Origin: Cetorhinus maximus
Taxonomy: Eukaryota
DNA: 64,000 nt
Direction of reading: 5' to 3'
Assembly (NCBI RefSeq): GCF_964194155.1
Contig: NC_135888.1
Coordinates: 7,192,001 to 7,256,000 of the forward strand
Part shown: positions 1-12,101 of the stretch, piece after piece
How positions within the stretch are numbered: the first letter of the stretch is position 1
How the letters are laid out: each line of letters begins with the position of its first letter
Translations under genes and position numbers: made by a program
Notes under the pieces: model-generated
What the model saw: the letters and a program-made list of their open reading frames with translations, nothing else
Databases searched by the model: none
Told to the model about the DNA's origin: nothing

Positions 1-2742
1 GTTGGGGTGCCAGGATGCTTTGTCCTGGGTGATGTCAAGCTTCTTGAGTGTTGTTGGAGCTGCACTCATCCAGGCAAGTGGAGAGTATTCCATCATGCTC
101 CTGATTTGTGCCTTGTTGATGGTGGACAGGCTGTGGGGAGTCAGGAAGTGAGTTACTTGCCACAGGATTCCAAGCCTCTGACCACAGTATTTATATGGCT
201 AGTCCAGTTCAGTTTCTGGTCAACAGGAACCCCCCCCTCCCCAGATGCTGATAGTGGGAGATTCAGTGTTAGCAATGCCATTAAATGTCAAGGGCCGATG
301 GTTAGATTCTCTTTTGCTGGAAATGGTCATTGCCTGGCACTTGTGTGGCGTAAATGTTACTTGCCACTTGTCAGCCCAAGCCTGGATATTGTCCAGGTCT
401 TACTGGATGGACTGCTTCAGCATTTGAGGAGTCATGAATGGTACTGGACATTTTGCAATCATCAGCAAACATCCCCATTTCTGACCTTATGATAGAAGTA
501 AGGTCATTGATGAAGCAGCTGAAGATGGTTGGGCCTAGGACACTTACCCTGAGGATCTCCTGCAGTGATGTCCTAGAACTGAGCCGATTGACCTCCAACA
601 ACAAAAGCCACCTTCCTTTGTGCTAGTTACGACACCAGCCAATGGAGAGTTTCCTCCCTGGTTCCCATCGGCTCCAGTTTTGCTAGGGTTCTTTGATGCC
701 TCACACGGTCAAATGCTGCCTTGGTGTCAAGAGCAATCACGCTCACTTAACTTCTGGAGTTCAGCTATTTTGTCCATGTCTGAACCAAAGCTGTAATGAG
801 GTCAGGGGCTGAGTGACCCTGGTGGAACAGTGAGCAGGTTATAGCTAAGCAAGTGCCACTTGATGGCACTGATGATGACCCTTTCCATGACTTTACTGAC
901 ATTCGAGAGTAGACTGATAGGACGGTAACTGGCCAGGTTGGGTTTGTCCTGCATTGTGTGTACAAGACATACCTAGGCAATTTTCCTCATTGCCGGGTAG
1001 ATGCTAGTGTTGTAGCAGTACTAGAGCAGCTTGGCTAGGGACACAGCAAGTTCCAGAGCACAAGTCTTCAGTATTTTTGCCAGAGTATTGTCAGGGCTCA
1101 TAGCCTTTGCAGTAGCTAATTCCTTCAGCTGTTTCTTGATGTCACGTGGAATGAATTGAATTGAATTGGCTGAAGACTGGCATCTGTGGTGCTGGGGACC
1201 TCCGGAGGAGGCCAAGATGGATCATCCACTCTGCACTTCTGGCTGAAGATTGTTATGAATGCTTCAGCCTTATCTCTTGCACTGACATGCTGGGCTCCCC
1301 CCCACATCATTGAGGATGGAGATATTTGTGGAGCTTCCTCCTTCCAGTGAGCTGCATAATTGTCCATCACCATTCACAATTGGATGTGGCAGGACTGCAG
1401 ATCTTAAGATCTGAACCGTTGGTTGTGGAATTGCTTAGCTCTGTCTATTGCTTGCTGCTTATACTATTTGGTACACAAGCAATCGCATGTTGTAGCTTCA
1501 CCAGGTTAACAGCTCATTTTTAGGCGTTCCTGCACTCTTCATTGGCTGGGTGGTGGCAATGGTAGAGTGGGGGATATGCCAGGCTCTGAGGTTACAGATT
1601 GTGTTAGAGTACAATTCTGCTGCTGCTGAGGGCTAACAGGGCCGCATGGTCACCCAGTTTATAGTGGTAGATCTGCTTGAAATCTATCCCATTTAGCACG
1701 GTGGTAGTGCCGTACAACACGATGGAGGGTGTCCTCAATGTGAAGACTGGACTTCGTCTCCACAAGGACTATGTGGTGTACTCCTACCGATGCTGTCATG
1801 GGCAGATGCATCTGCAGCAGGCAGGTTGGTGAGGATGAGGTCAAGTATGTTCTTCCCTCTTGTTGGTTCCCTTACCACCTGCCACAGACCCAGTCTCGCA
1901 GCAATGTTCTTTAAGACCAGGACAGCTCACAGTCTGTGGTGGTGCTACCGAGCCATTCTTAGTGATGGACATTGACATCCCCACCCAGAAAATATTCTGC
2001 ACCCTTGCCACCCTCAGTGCTTTATAATGGAGAAGTACTGCTTCATCAGCTCAGGTGGGGGGTCCTGTGGGTGGTAATCTGCAGGAGGTTATCTTGCCCA
2101 TGTTTGACCTGATGTTATAGGGTCCACAGTCGACGTTGAAGACTCCCATGGCAAATCCTTCCTGACTGTATACCATTGTGCCACCACCTCTGCCGGGTCT
2201 GTCCTGCTGGTGGGACAAGACATACTCAGGGATGGTGATGGTGGTGAATGCGACATTGTCCGTAAGGTATGATTCTACGAGTATGACTATGTCAGACCGC
2301 TCTCCCAATTTTGGCACAAGCCCCCAGATGTTAGTAAGGAGGACTTTGCAGGGTTGACAGGGCTGAGTTTGCCGCTGTCACTTCTGGTGCCTAGATCGAT
2401 ACTGGGTGGTCCATCCGGTTTCATTCCTTATCCAATTGGCTTGCTGAGCCATTTCAGAGGGCATTTAAGAATCAACCACATTGCTGTGGGTCTGGAGTCA
2501 CATGTAGGCCAGACCAGGTAAGGACGGCAGATTTTCTTCCCTAAAAAAGGACATTAGTGAACCAGATGGGTTTTTACAACAGTTGACAATAGTTTCATGG
2601 TCATCATTAGACTTACAATTCCAGATTTTTTGTTGAATTCAAATTCCACCATCTACCATGGTTCAAACCCCACTACCGAGCATTACCCTGGATCTCTGGA
2701 TTACTGGTCCAGTGACAATACCACTACACCACCACCTCCCCC
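1..2742 (-). mobile_element. Degraded CR1/L2-group LINE (APE+RT) with a tRNA-like 5' head
   Basis: APE fragment DIVILVESYL...DRPGRGGG; RT fragments SVLGPTIFSCFINDL and MFADD; head at 2432-2742. Confidence 0.8.
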
Positions 2743-2897
2743 ATTGAACTTTTGTTCAATTTGAGACATGAATGCAATATCAACTGCCAAGACGAGATAG
2801 TCAGTTTTCGAACTTCACAACCGAACTGTTTTTATGAAATAAAATTAATTTTAAAATTCAAAGAATTCATGGTATAATGCTTTAAACAATTACTTAC

Positions 2898-2963
2898 CAT
2901 AAAAATATAATTTGTGTCAGGAACTGGACCGCCAGTTCTAAACAGCTCACCCAAGTCATAAAA
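2898..2963 (-). CDS. PPP6C: PPP6C coding exon 3; gene continues beyond the window start
   Basis: AG|[22 protein letters not shown]|GTAAG, 66 nt, phase 0/0. Confidence 0.95.
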
Positions 2964-3903
2964 CTGTAAAAGAATTTTAAAATTTGTCGATATGAACATT
3001 TTGTACATTATGAACATGAAACCTATTTTTAAAAAAAGTTGTACAGGAAATGTTAGATCTGAATATCCCCATTACTTCAACATGCATATCCTGTCCTGCA
3101 CCCAAATTACTAACTGAACACAAATGTTCATTTTTTAAACATGATTGAATTTTGTAGAAATTCAGTCTCCAAAGTACCATTAAGCTTTTAAATATGTTTA
3201 AGAGAATTAAGAGGTTCACAGCAGTAACCCCAATTGCTGTCAAGAATAATTATTTGTCAGAATGTTAGTGCAAAGTACGTCAAGCAATATCACTTCTGTG
3301 CTGTGGAATAATGAGGATTTATTTGGAGTAATTGCTTTGTTTGGTGGGTCATGTACTGGACTCTGATGTCCATGCTCAAATCCAGCTGAGACTGATGGAA
3401 TGAATGGGGTGAAATGGGTGGAGCAAAGCACCAAATTCCCCCCAAATCAACAACCTCACTCAGACTGGAGGATGGTCGTAGGGGGAAAATGTCATATTGA
3501 TAGTCGGGATGAACTCTTCTGGAATACAGTACCCAAAAACAGAAAACGTTCCATTCCCAAGCACCAATATCTCCACCTTGATGAACACAAAATATCACAC
3601 ACAGGTTTATAAAAATCACTTGTTATACAAAAAAGAGAGAACGCAACTGAAAGAAATTCACACTAATTTGCACCAACCATTAGACATCAATGTGACAAAG
3701 AATCCGCTTGCAGTTTTAAAGTAAGGAACTAATGCAAGTGAGGCAGCAGTTAAAGGGGGAGATTTTCAACTGATATTTAAAAGGCAGATTCAAGAGGATA
3801 CCTAAAGCTTAAGTAGTTATACCTTTCTGAAATCAGTAATAGTCAGCCTGGACTAGCTGCCCTTCAAAAGTACAAAATCAATGGAAAATGAAAATAAACT
3901 CAC

Positions 3904-3999
3904 CTGTCCATGTATATCCCCACAGACTGTAACTGGTGTAGACACTGGCTGAACATTAGACTCTTCCAAAAGCAAGTCACATACATAGTCACACAGTCG
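3904..3999 (-). CDS. PPP6C: PPP6C coding exon 2
   Basis: AG|[32 protein letters not shown]|GTGAG, 96 nt, PPP-family GDIHG motif. Confidence 0.96.
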
Positions 4000-5449
4000 C
4001 TAAAATATAAAATAAATTTTGATCAATAAAATTAAAACCACTAAATTTGTAACAAAAGTCCAATAATGCAGGCTCCTGAAAACAGATCAGTAATCATTCA
4101 ATGTAATTATGGGCTTAAAGGACACTATGGACACTTGGCTGGACTCATTCACAAAGTCAATTCCTAAAGTCTATCTCCATCATGGGGTCTCCTTGTAAAT
4201 AAAAATTAAAGCCAGTACACATTTTCTTCAGAATAGCACAACTCTTCATTCTGATTTGCCAATGTGTTACCATCTGTTTATTAAATAACATTTCTTAACT
4301 TAGTAAAGGATCCACAACAGGGCTGGTTAATGAACTGTGGTTTTACATTGTCCCCCAATCTCCTGAAAAGGAATCACCAATGCTCATTTAAAAAATGAGG
4401 TGACATTTTTAAGCAACTACATTTTCTCACTCTCCACAATCCTCTGCTGGTACCACAGACGTGGCATTAACTGACTTGGAGTGTCTCCATATCTATACCT
4501 GCAAGTCACCGCCAACAACCACCACATTATAGCATGCAAATGTACAGAATGCAATATAAACACAAATAACACAGTTGAATGGAAATGAAGTGTTTTTTAA
4601 AAAATAAACACTCTTCCAAATTTCATTTTCTTAATAGAGTGCTCCCTTTGATAGGAAAGCCTTCAAAAAGGTAGACATTGTGTGTACAAGCTTTGGAATC
4701 TTTCTTTGTCTTTTTGTTTTTTTATCTGTCCTCGTTCCAAGGGTTAGTAACACTGTGAACAACTTTTCTCCACTGATTTCTATTCTCCACTGCCCATCTC
4801 ATAGACAGACCAGTTCATGTTCTGATATTATCCATCCATGCCATCTTGGGTCGTCTTTGTGCACATTTTCCAGGTGTTTTGCCTTGGAATCAACATCTCA
4901 AATTGAACAAATGATTCAATAATTGCCTTATCATTAATCTTCCTCCATCCACTAAATTAAATCCTTTAGTTATCTAACATTAATAATTTCATACAAGTGG
5001 AATAGATGGTAATCTGGCCTTTATCTTTCAAAAGGGAAAAAAAGCTACAAGCCCAAGAACACCCCTGAAACTCTTAAGAATGGCAAGCGAGCATGAAAGT
5101 TCCAGATGTCAGTGAGGCAAGGCATCACCTGGCATGCCATTCGGCTATACAGAACAGAAGGATCCCAGATTCTATTCCTAGTCTGTCTTAAATTGCCGAG
5201 CTCAGCTAAGAAAGTAAGAAAGATAGCTGCATTTTTTTTCAGTGCCAAGTAAAGTTTGGCTCCTTCAGGTTCGTAATTACTATTCTGTAACTCCTTCTGG
5301 AAGTCATTCACTGTAATGCCTGGTGAAGAGGCATCTGGCGTGATTGTTCAAAACAATTTACAAGGCTGCTGATACTCACTGCATCCATTCTCAACAGTCA
5401 CTACTTTCAGGGCAAGGCAAGAAAAAAAAAAAGCAAACAATGAAAAGTA

Positions 5450-6770
5450 ATTTTTCAATATGTGCATGTGTCAAATAAGTGTTCAATGTATTCATTGAAC
5501 TTATGGATTCAACAACTTGCACAGCTGCGTACAGTTTTAAATGACGTCATGTATGCCCAAATAGGCGGTGTTGCCCTGGGAACCCCCCCAGGCCCAGCTC
5601 TCATTAATATCTTCGTAGCTATCCAAGAGAAACACATCTTTGATGGGATTATTCCTAACCTCCTACCCCTTGCATATTTCCAAAATGAAGATGATACGTT
5701 TTCTATATTTGAATCTGCAGCTGCACGCAAGAATTTCCTTATACTCAATAGGATCTAGCCTGTGTTGAAATTCACCTTTGAAATGGAGTAAACAAACTCT
5801 CTTTTCCTAGGCATGTTAGTTGAGAAATCCACCAATGGGTTCTCTACTTCTGTCTACCGCAAGCCCACCTTCACTAGTCAATATTTGCATTGGGATTCCT
5901 ACAGTTCCACATGGTACAAGATTGGTCTTAACAGCAACTTTGTAAATACGGCCATTTGTCACCATGCAAACTTGATGCTGAAATAGGGCGCAACAAAGAC
6001 AGCCTACGGGAAAATTGCTACCCTGATCAGATCAGATGCTGTATATCTCACAAACCCGTGAATGGGCTTAAGGCTGCCACTTTTGGTTCTGAAAAGTACC
6101 CAGTCTACCTCGGAAAGGCAAGGTGTGTCAAAGATTTGAGCAACAGGTGAAGCTGGTCGTTTCATGCTGCGACTATGTGTGTATATGAGTGTATTCTCCA
6201 CTAATATGATGCTATCAAGTCAAAAAGACGCCCTGCCTACCACACGAATGAATAATGTGGTGGACGAATTTCAGTGCCAGCATGATGCAAGGTATGTAGG
6301 TCGCACATCCCAATGACAGGCAGCAGATCATATCAAACAGCACATCCCTTTGGCTGCACGCAACTGGCAAAGTCCTGACCGTACCCAAGCAGCCTGTGCT
6401 TGCAAAACTTAATGTCCATTAAATGCGATTCCACGACTGGACAACCTTTCTAAACAAACCTGACTGTGCTAACAACCAATTTAAGATTATCCGTTGGGCT
6501 CATAGTGTGGCTCACTTGTGCGCTAGCAGGTACATATATTCACATACAAGGCGGAACACATCCAAGCACTGTGCCTTTTTGAATGAAACAGAAGCTTGAC
6601 AGGTAACCAATCCCTGGTACATTCTCCATGGCACCTACCATTGGCTCTGCCAATCAGAGTCTGCTTGCAGTATAAATTGTTGTTCCCTTTGAGATCTGTT
6701 ATTCTTGCGATTCTGTCCTGATGAGTGCAAGGCGAAAAGCTTCAACAGCATGTCTCTTTTTTTCCAGCAA
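5450..6770 (+). mobile_element. Degraded Penelope-like element, 3' part
   Basis: RT motifs YAQIGGVALGTPPGPALINIFV and xDDTF; GIY-YIG-like YVGRT; terminal CTGATGA...GAAA. Confidence 0.8.
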
Positions 6771-7099
6771 TAATTCACTATCATTTTAATTTATCTGTAT
6801 GTTCAACGCACTCTACAGTTATTCCCAGTCTCAAAGTACATGACATACAAAAGTACCAAAAAGAGCAGATAGCAGGGAAAGGATGGGGAAATAGCAATAA
6901 GAAATGTTTAATTCAACAAATATCAGAAGTCAAGATGCAAAACGGTAAACAAAAAGCAGAGTAAAGAGAAAATTAAGTAGCCCTGAGCATCTACTGACAA
7001 TTGTTGAAACTTTTAGTTTGATTAAGTTGAGACAACAAAAAGAAAACAAATTCTTCTGCATAGCAATGTAATCAGCTACCAGAACCATAAAGGTGAATA

Positions 7100-7790
7100 A
7101 AAAACAAAAATAAAAATACCTGGAAAAACTCAGGTCTGGCAGCATCTGCGGAGAGGAACGCAGTTAATGTTTCGAGTCCGTATGACTCTTCAACAGAATT
7201 AAGTAAAAATAGAAGAGGTGAAATATAATCTGGTTTAAGAGGGGGTGGGGGGGGACAGGTAGAGCTGGATAGAGGGCCAGTGATAGGTGGAGATAGCCAA
7301 AAAATGTCATAGACAAAAGAACAAAGAGGTGTTGAAGGTGGTGATATTATCTAAGGAATGTGCTAATTAAGGGTAGAAAGCAGGACAAGCAAGGTACAGA
7401 TAGCCCTAATGGGGGTGGGGTGGGGTGAAGGGAAGGGATCGAAATAGGCTAAAAGGTAGAGATAAAACAATGGATGGAAATACATTTAAAAATAATGGAA
7501 ATAGGTGGGAAAAGAAAAATCTATATAAATTATTGGAAAAAAAAAAGGGGGGATAGGAAAGGGGGTGGGGATGGAGGAGAGAGTTCATGATCTAAAATTG
7601 TTGAACTCAATATTCAGTCTGGAAGGCTGTAAAGTGCCTAGTTGGAAAAGGAGGTGCTGTTCCTCCAGTTTGCGTTGAGCTTCACTTGAACAATGCAGCA
7701 GGCCAAGGACGGACATGTGGGCATGAGAGCAGGGTGGAGTGTTGAAATGGCAAGCGACAGGTCATGCTTGCAGGCGGACCGAAAGGTGTA
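7100..7790 (-). mobile_element. Penelope-like 3' fragment, same family as 12102-15441
   Basis: Near-identical to 12102-12790. Confidence 0.85.
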
Positions 7791-8004
7791 TACTTCACAC
7801 CTTCCACTTACCTGTATGCCCTGGTGTTAAAGCAGAATTACAAGCAAAGAGTAACTAATGAGAAAGTAAATATTTAATTGAGAACATTTCCAGCACTAGT
7901 TTCCTTTTACATAGTGTAAGGAACATATATTTTTATTTCTTTTGAACTGGTGTAAAAAAAATATTTTTATTTTCTGTTGGACTGTGGATTAAAATTACAA
8001 TGGC

Positions 8005-8808
8005 TGCAATTTGAAAGGCATGTCCACTGGAGCAGGATGAGAGATAGATACAATGTTGCAGTCCATGAACAAAGTGTGCCATAAAAGACAGGATGGTGCC
8101 GGAAAGGAGTCCTGGACCAAGGGAACTGCCTGGCAACGTTTTAATTGGCTCCTGACCAGGTTTTTATATGAGAGCAGTGCAGAATAGCTCCTAGCCTGAA
8201 AGAACAAGACCTAAAACCTCACCTTCCTGTGTGTGGAATATTCCAGTAATTCCACAATAATAGCTAGTTGGCTTTTTCTCCTCATATCTCTATAACCTGC
8301 TCTCTCTCTGAAAACCGCTGTCGAGAGGCAAAGGGGAAAATCACTGTTAGAGACATTGAAAGGCAAGTGCTCAGTGAATTAAATACTGAAAAGTGCTGGA
8401 AGACCACCTTGTGTCATCAACAAGGTCTGAAAGGAATTCAGAAGACATCAATCAAAATCAACCCACCGAAACCTGTACTCCAGAATTGGTGCTATTGAAC
8501 TGTTTTATCCCACCCGTAAAATCCATGTTTTTGTGTGTCTTGTGTGTGTGTATAGGGATTTAAGAAGGGGTAGAATTTATGCTATAGAGTTAGAAATTAG
8601 CAGTTCACATTTCTTTCTTCTGCCACTGGTCAACAATAGTTTGTTCAATAAATAGTTATTTACATATTAAGTTTACCAACCTGGCGCTCCTATTCTGTTA
8701 ACCCAAATTAAACAATTAGGTGGGTTGATCAAACTTTTCACATTTGTCCCGGCTCAGGGAGCAGCGGGGCTTGATATTGCAGCACACTATCCCCAGTGGG
8801 TCATGACA
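8005..8808 (+). mobile_element. Probable solo LTR
   Basis: TG...GGGTCATGACA ends, internal AATAAA, no ORF. Confidence 0.4.
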
Positions 8809-9879
8809 ATAGGAGTAATACCAGATAGAGAGATAAAAATGTAAAGTTGCTTTGTTACTAACAAGCAGTTGGACAACATCACTTTCTAATATTGCAACTG
8901 ATATATTTCCTTGTGTGCAGGAAGGAAGTGGACCACAATACAAATAGGAATTGTACCAAATGTTAGCCTGTAGCAGACTTCAAGTTAAAGCTGAAGATAC
9001 TTGCCTTTAAAACAGTAGAAATTTGAGTTTGATAGTATAAAGAGTACTAAATTCAAACAACATGCTTGAACTATAATACTGAAATGCACAACATTCTCCA
9101 TCATTTCTCTATTCACTGACACTCTCAGAAGTAGAGAAACCTTTTTTCTATCTTTACATACTCACCCATGTCCTCAAGTGTTTTTTGGCTAATGTTAATA
9201 AAAGATTACATTTATGATAACATTACTGCAGATGCTTGCCATCTGATATAAAGACAAAGTTCTGGAAATACTCAGCAGATTTGGCAGCATCTGCGCAGAG
9301 AGAAACAGAATTAACGTTTCAAGTCGAATATGACTCTCCTTCAGAACATAAATCACAATTAAGATTTGCAAATACCCAGATTCTAATTTCAAACACATCC
9401 TAACAGGACTAATACCAACATGCCAATAACCAGCAATATAGTTTGTGAAAAGTCAGTTCAGCCTAGATACAATTTTGTAGCTGTATATCACCTGAAAATT
9501 AAAGATGCCACTTTAAACGGCTGAATGCATTCAATGCTAGTATGCACTTATTTCACTTGGGAAGCTCCATAAAGTGTCCTATACCCATTTATTTTAGAAC
9601 TACTACAGTGCACAAGTTAATATAATACCATATTAATGTCTAATATAAAGACAAAAAAGACCAATACTAATAAGTAGATTTTACATTGCGTTGCCAGGAA
9701 GAGGTCACAGTGAAACATGTCAAACCACATATGTATGTGACCAAAGCTAGACAAAGCCTCAATGTGGCTTAATCAAGGGCTTATTTGGAGGAAGGTTAGT
9801 ATTTCTCATTTTATATTTAATGTTCATGTAATACATCCAGGCACCCTATTTACCTTGTAGCTCTAGTCACAGGTATAGA

Positions 9880-10770
9880 AGACATAGCAGATGAAATCCA
9901 ATGCAGAGTGTGAGGTGATATTGATAGAAAGAATGAAAAGACAATGCAAGCTTAATGGTACAGTTTTAAAAGGGGTGCAAGAGCAAAGAGACCTAGGGTT
10001 GTTTGGGCACAAATTTTTGAAGGCTACATGCAGGTTAACAAAGCAGCATATGCGATCCTGGACTATAAAATAGAAGCATAGAGCACAAAAGTTACAAGGT
10101 TATGCTAAATCTATATAAAGTGCTAGTTTGGCCCCAACTGGGAGTAGATGGGCTGGTTAACAAAGCAGGATATAGGATCCTGGGCTTTAAAATAAAGACA
10201 TGGAGCACAAAAGTCAGGAGATTACGCTAAACCTATATAAAGTACTAGTTTGGTTCCAAACAGGAGTATTTTGTTTAATTCCAGGAAGAACAAGACGACT
10301 TTGGAAAAACAAGAGATTTACTAGAATGGTCCTGAGGTGAGGAATTACTGTCATGCAAATAGACTGGAGAAGCTGAGGTTGTTCTCCTTAAAGAAAAAGC
10401 CAAGAAGAAATCTGATTACGGTGTTTAAAATTATGTGCGTTCTAGACAGGATAAATAAAGAGAAACTGTTTCCAATGGCTGAAGTATCAACAATCAGGGG
10501 GCACAGATATAAGCCAGAGGACATGAGGAAAAATTTTTAAAAACACAGCAGCTGGTTAGGATTTAGAAATCACTGCCTGATAAGATGCAGGAAAGAGATT
10601 CAGCAATAACTTCCAAAGGGAATTGGATAAACACATGGAGAAAAAAAACTATAGGGAGAGGGGAAAGAGTGGTGTAGTGAGGGTAATTGGATTCCTCTTT
10701 GAAAATGTCAGCACAAACTCAATACATCAAATGGCTTCCTTCTATGCTGTACTACTCTATAATTGCATGA
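9880..10770 (+). mobile_element. CR1 LINE 3' fragment with an internal ~120-bp tandem duplication
   Basis: EQRDLG and RLEKLRLFSL motifs; 10030-10145 repeated at 10155-10265. Confidence 0.8.
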
Positions 10771-12101
10771 TTTGCCACAAGATACATGTGGCTAAGTCCA
10801 TTTCTGAACGATAAATAAAAACTGTAATAAACAGCATCATTGGCCATTTGATCTCAATAGTACGCTCACTTCAACCTTTGTGCATTTGTTGGGAAAAGGC
10901 AAGAGAAAACAAAGATTGTGCACAGTCTCGTCTCCTTAGTTACTGAATGGTGATTAGTTAAGTGAAAAACACTCACCAAGCACATATGCTTGTATTATAT
11001 GAGTGTAAATAAGATGTTTTTCACTAAAATTAATACATGTGGTTAAACAATGTTGCCATAACCATGTTCAAAGTTAATCAGCAACTTCTACTGAACAATA
11101 CTGGGTTACATGCCAAGAAATATTCATTACAGTCATCATCTGGATCACCACCAAAACATCTCATAGGTGTTAGTCATCTGCAGTTCCTGACTCATGGATG
11201 TGTCAAGTTCCCTTAAAAAGAGGACACATCCAGTTTATAGGAGGGCAAGATGCTAGTTAACTGTTATAGACGAATACAGACTGTTCGCAGGAATTTCCAG
11301 ATTTTTCTAAATAGGCCTCAATTTCTTTCAGGAGATTGCATCGCAGGGGAGTTGATGATTTTGCCTCCGTTTGCGCTGCGTTGAGGTGCCTGTCCAATTC
11401 CCTTCTGAAAACCATGACTGAGTTTGCCTCCGCCATACCCAGGCAGTGCACAGATCCTAACCAGTCGCTGCTTTAAAAGGTTTTTCCCTCAAGGAGCCTT
11501 AGGCTCTTTTGCCATTCACCTTATAGCAGTGTCCTCTGGTTCTCAATCTGTCAAAAAGAACAGTTTCTCCCTATTTAAATGGTGTAGACTCCTCATTATT
11601 TTGAGCACCTTTATCACCCTTCTTTCCTCTGAAAAGAACAACCCCAGCTTCTCCAACCTATCCACATAAATGAAGTCCCTCATTCCTGGAATCAACCTCC
11701 TGAGTACTTTTCTGGATTCTCACTAAAGCTTTCACATCGTTCCTAAAGTGTGGTGCCCAGAATTGGACATGATACTCCAGTTGAGACAGAACCAAAACCA
11801 GTGTTTTACAAAGGTTCAACGTAACCTCCCTGCTTTTATACTCTATCCCTCTATTCGTAAAGCCTAGGATCATGTATGCCTCATTCACTACTTTCTCAAC
11901 CTGCCCTGCCACATTCAAAGTTGGTGCACATATACCCTCAAAGGCCCTCTATTCCTACATCCACTTTTGTACCCTTAATTTTATAGGGTTTGACTTTGTT
12001 TTTTATACGAAAATGTATCACTTCACATTAGAACATATCACTTCATATTTCTCTGCATTTAATTTCACCTGCCATATGTCCACCTGTTCCACCAACAAGT
12101 C

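Noticed and set aside
2660-2742. tRNA gene
   Set aside because: Degenerate tRNA-like head of a retroelement; no complete cloverleaf seen
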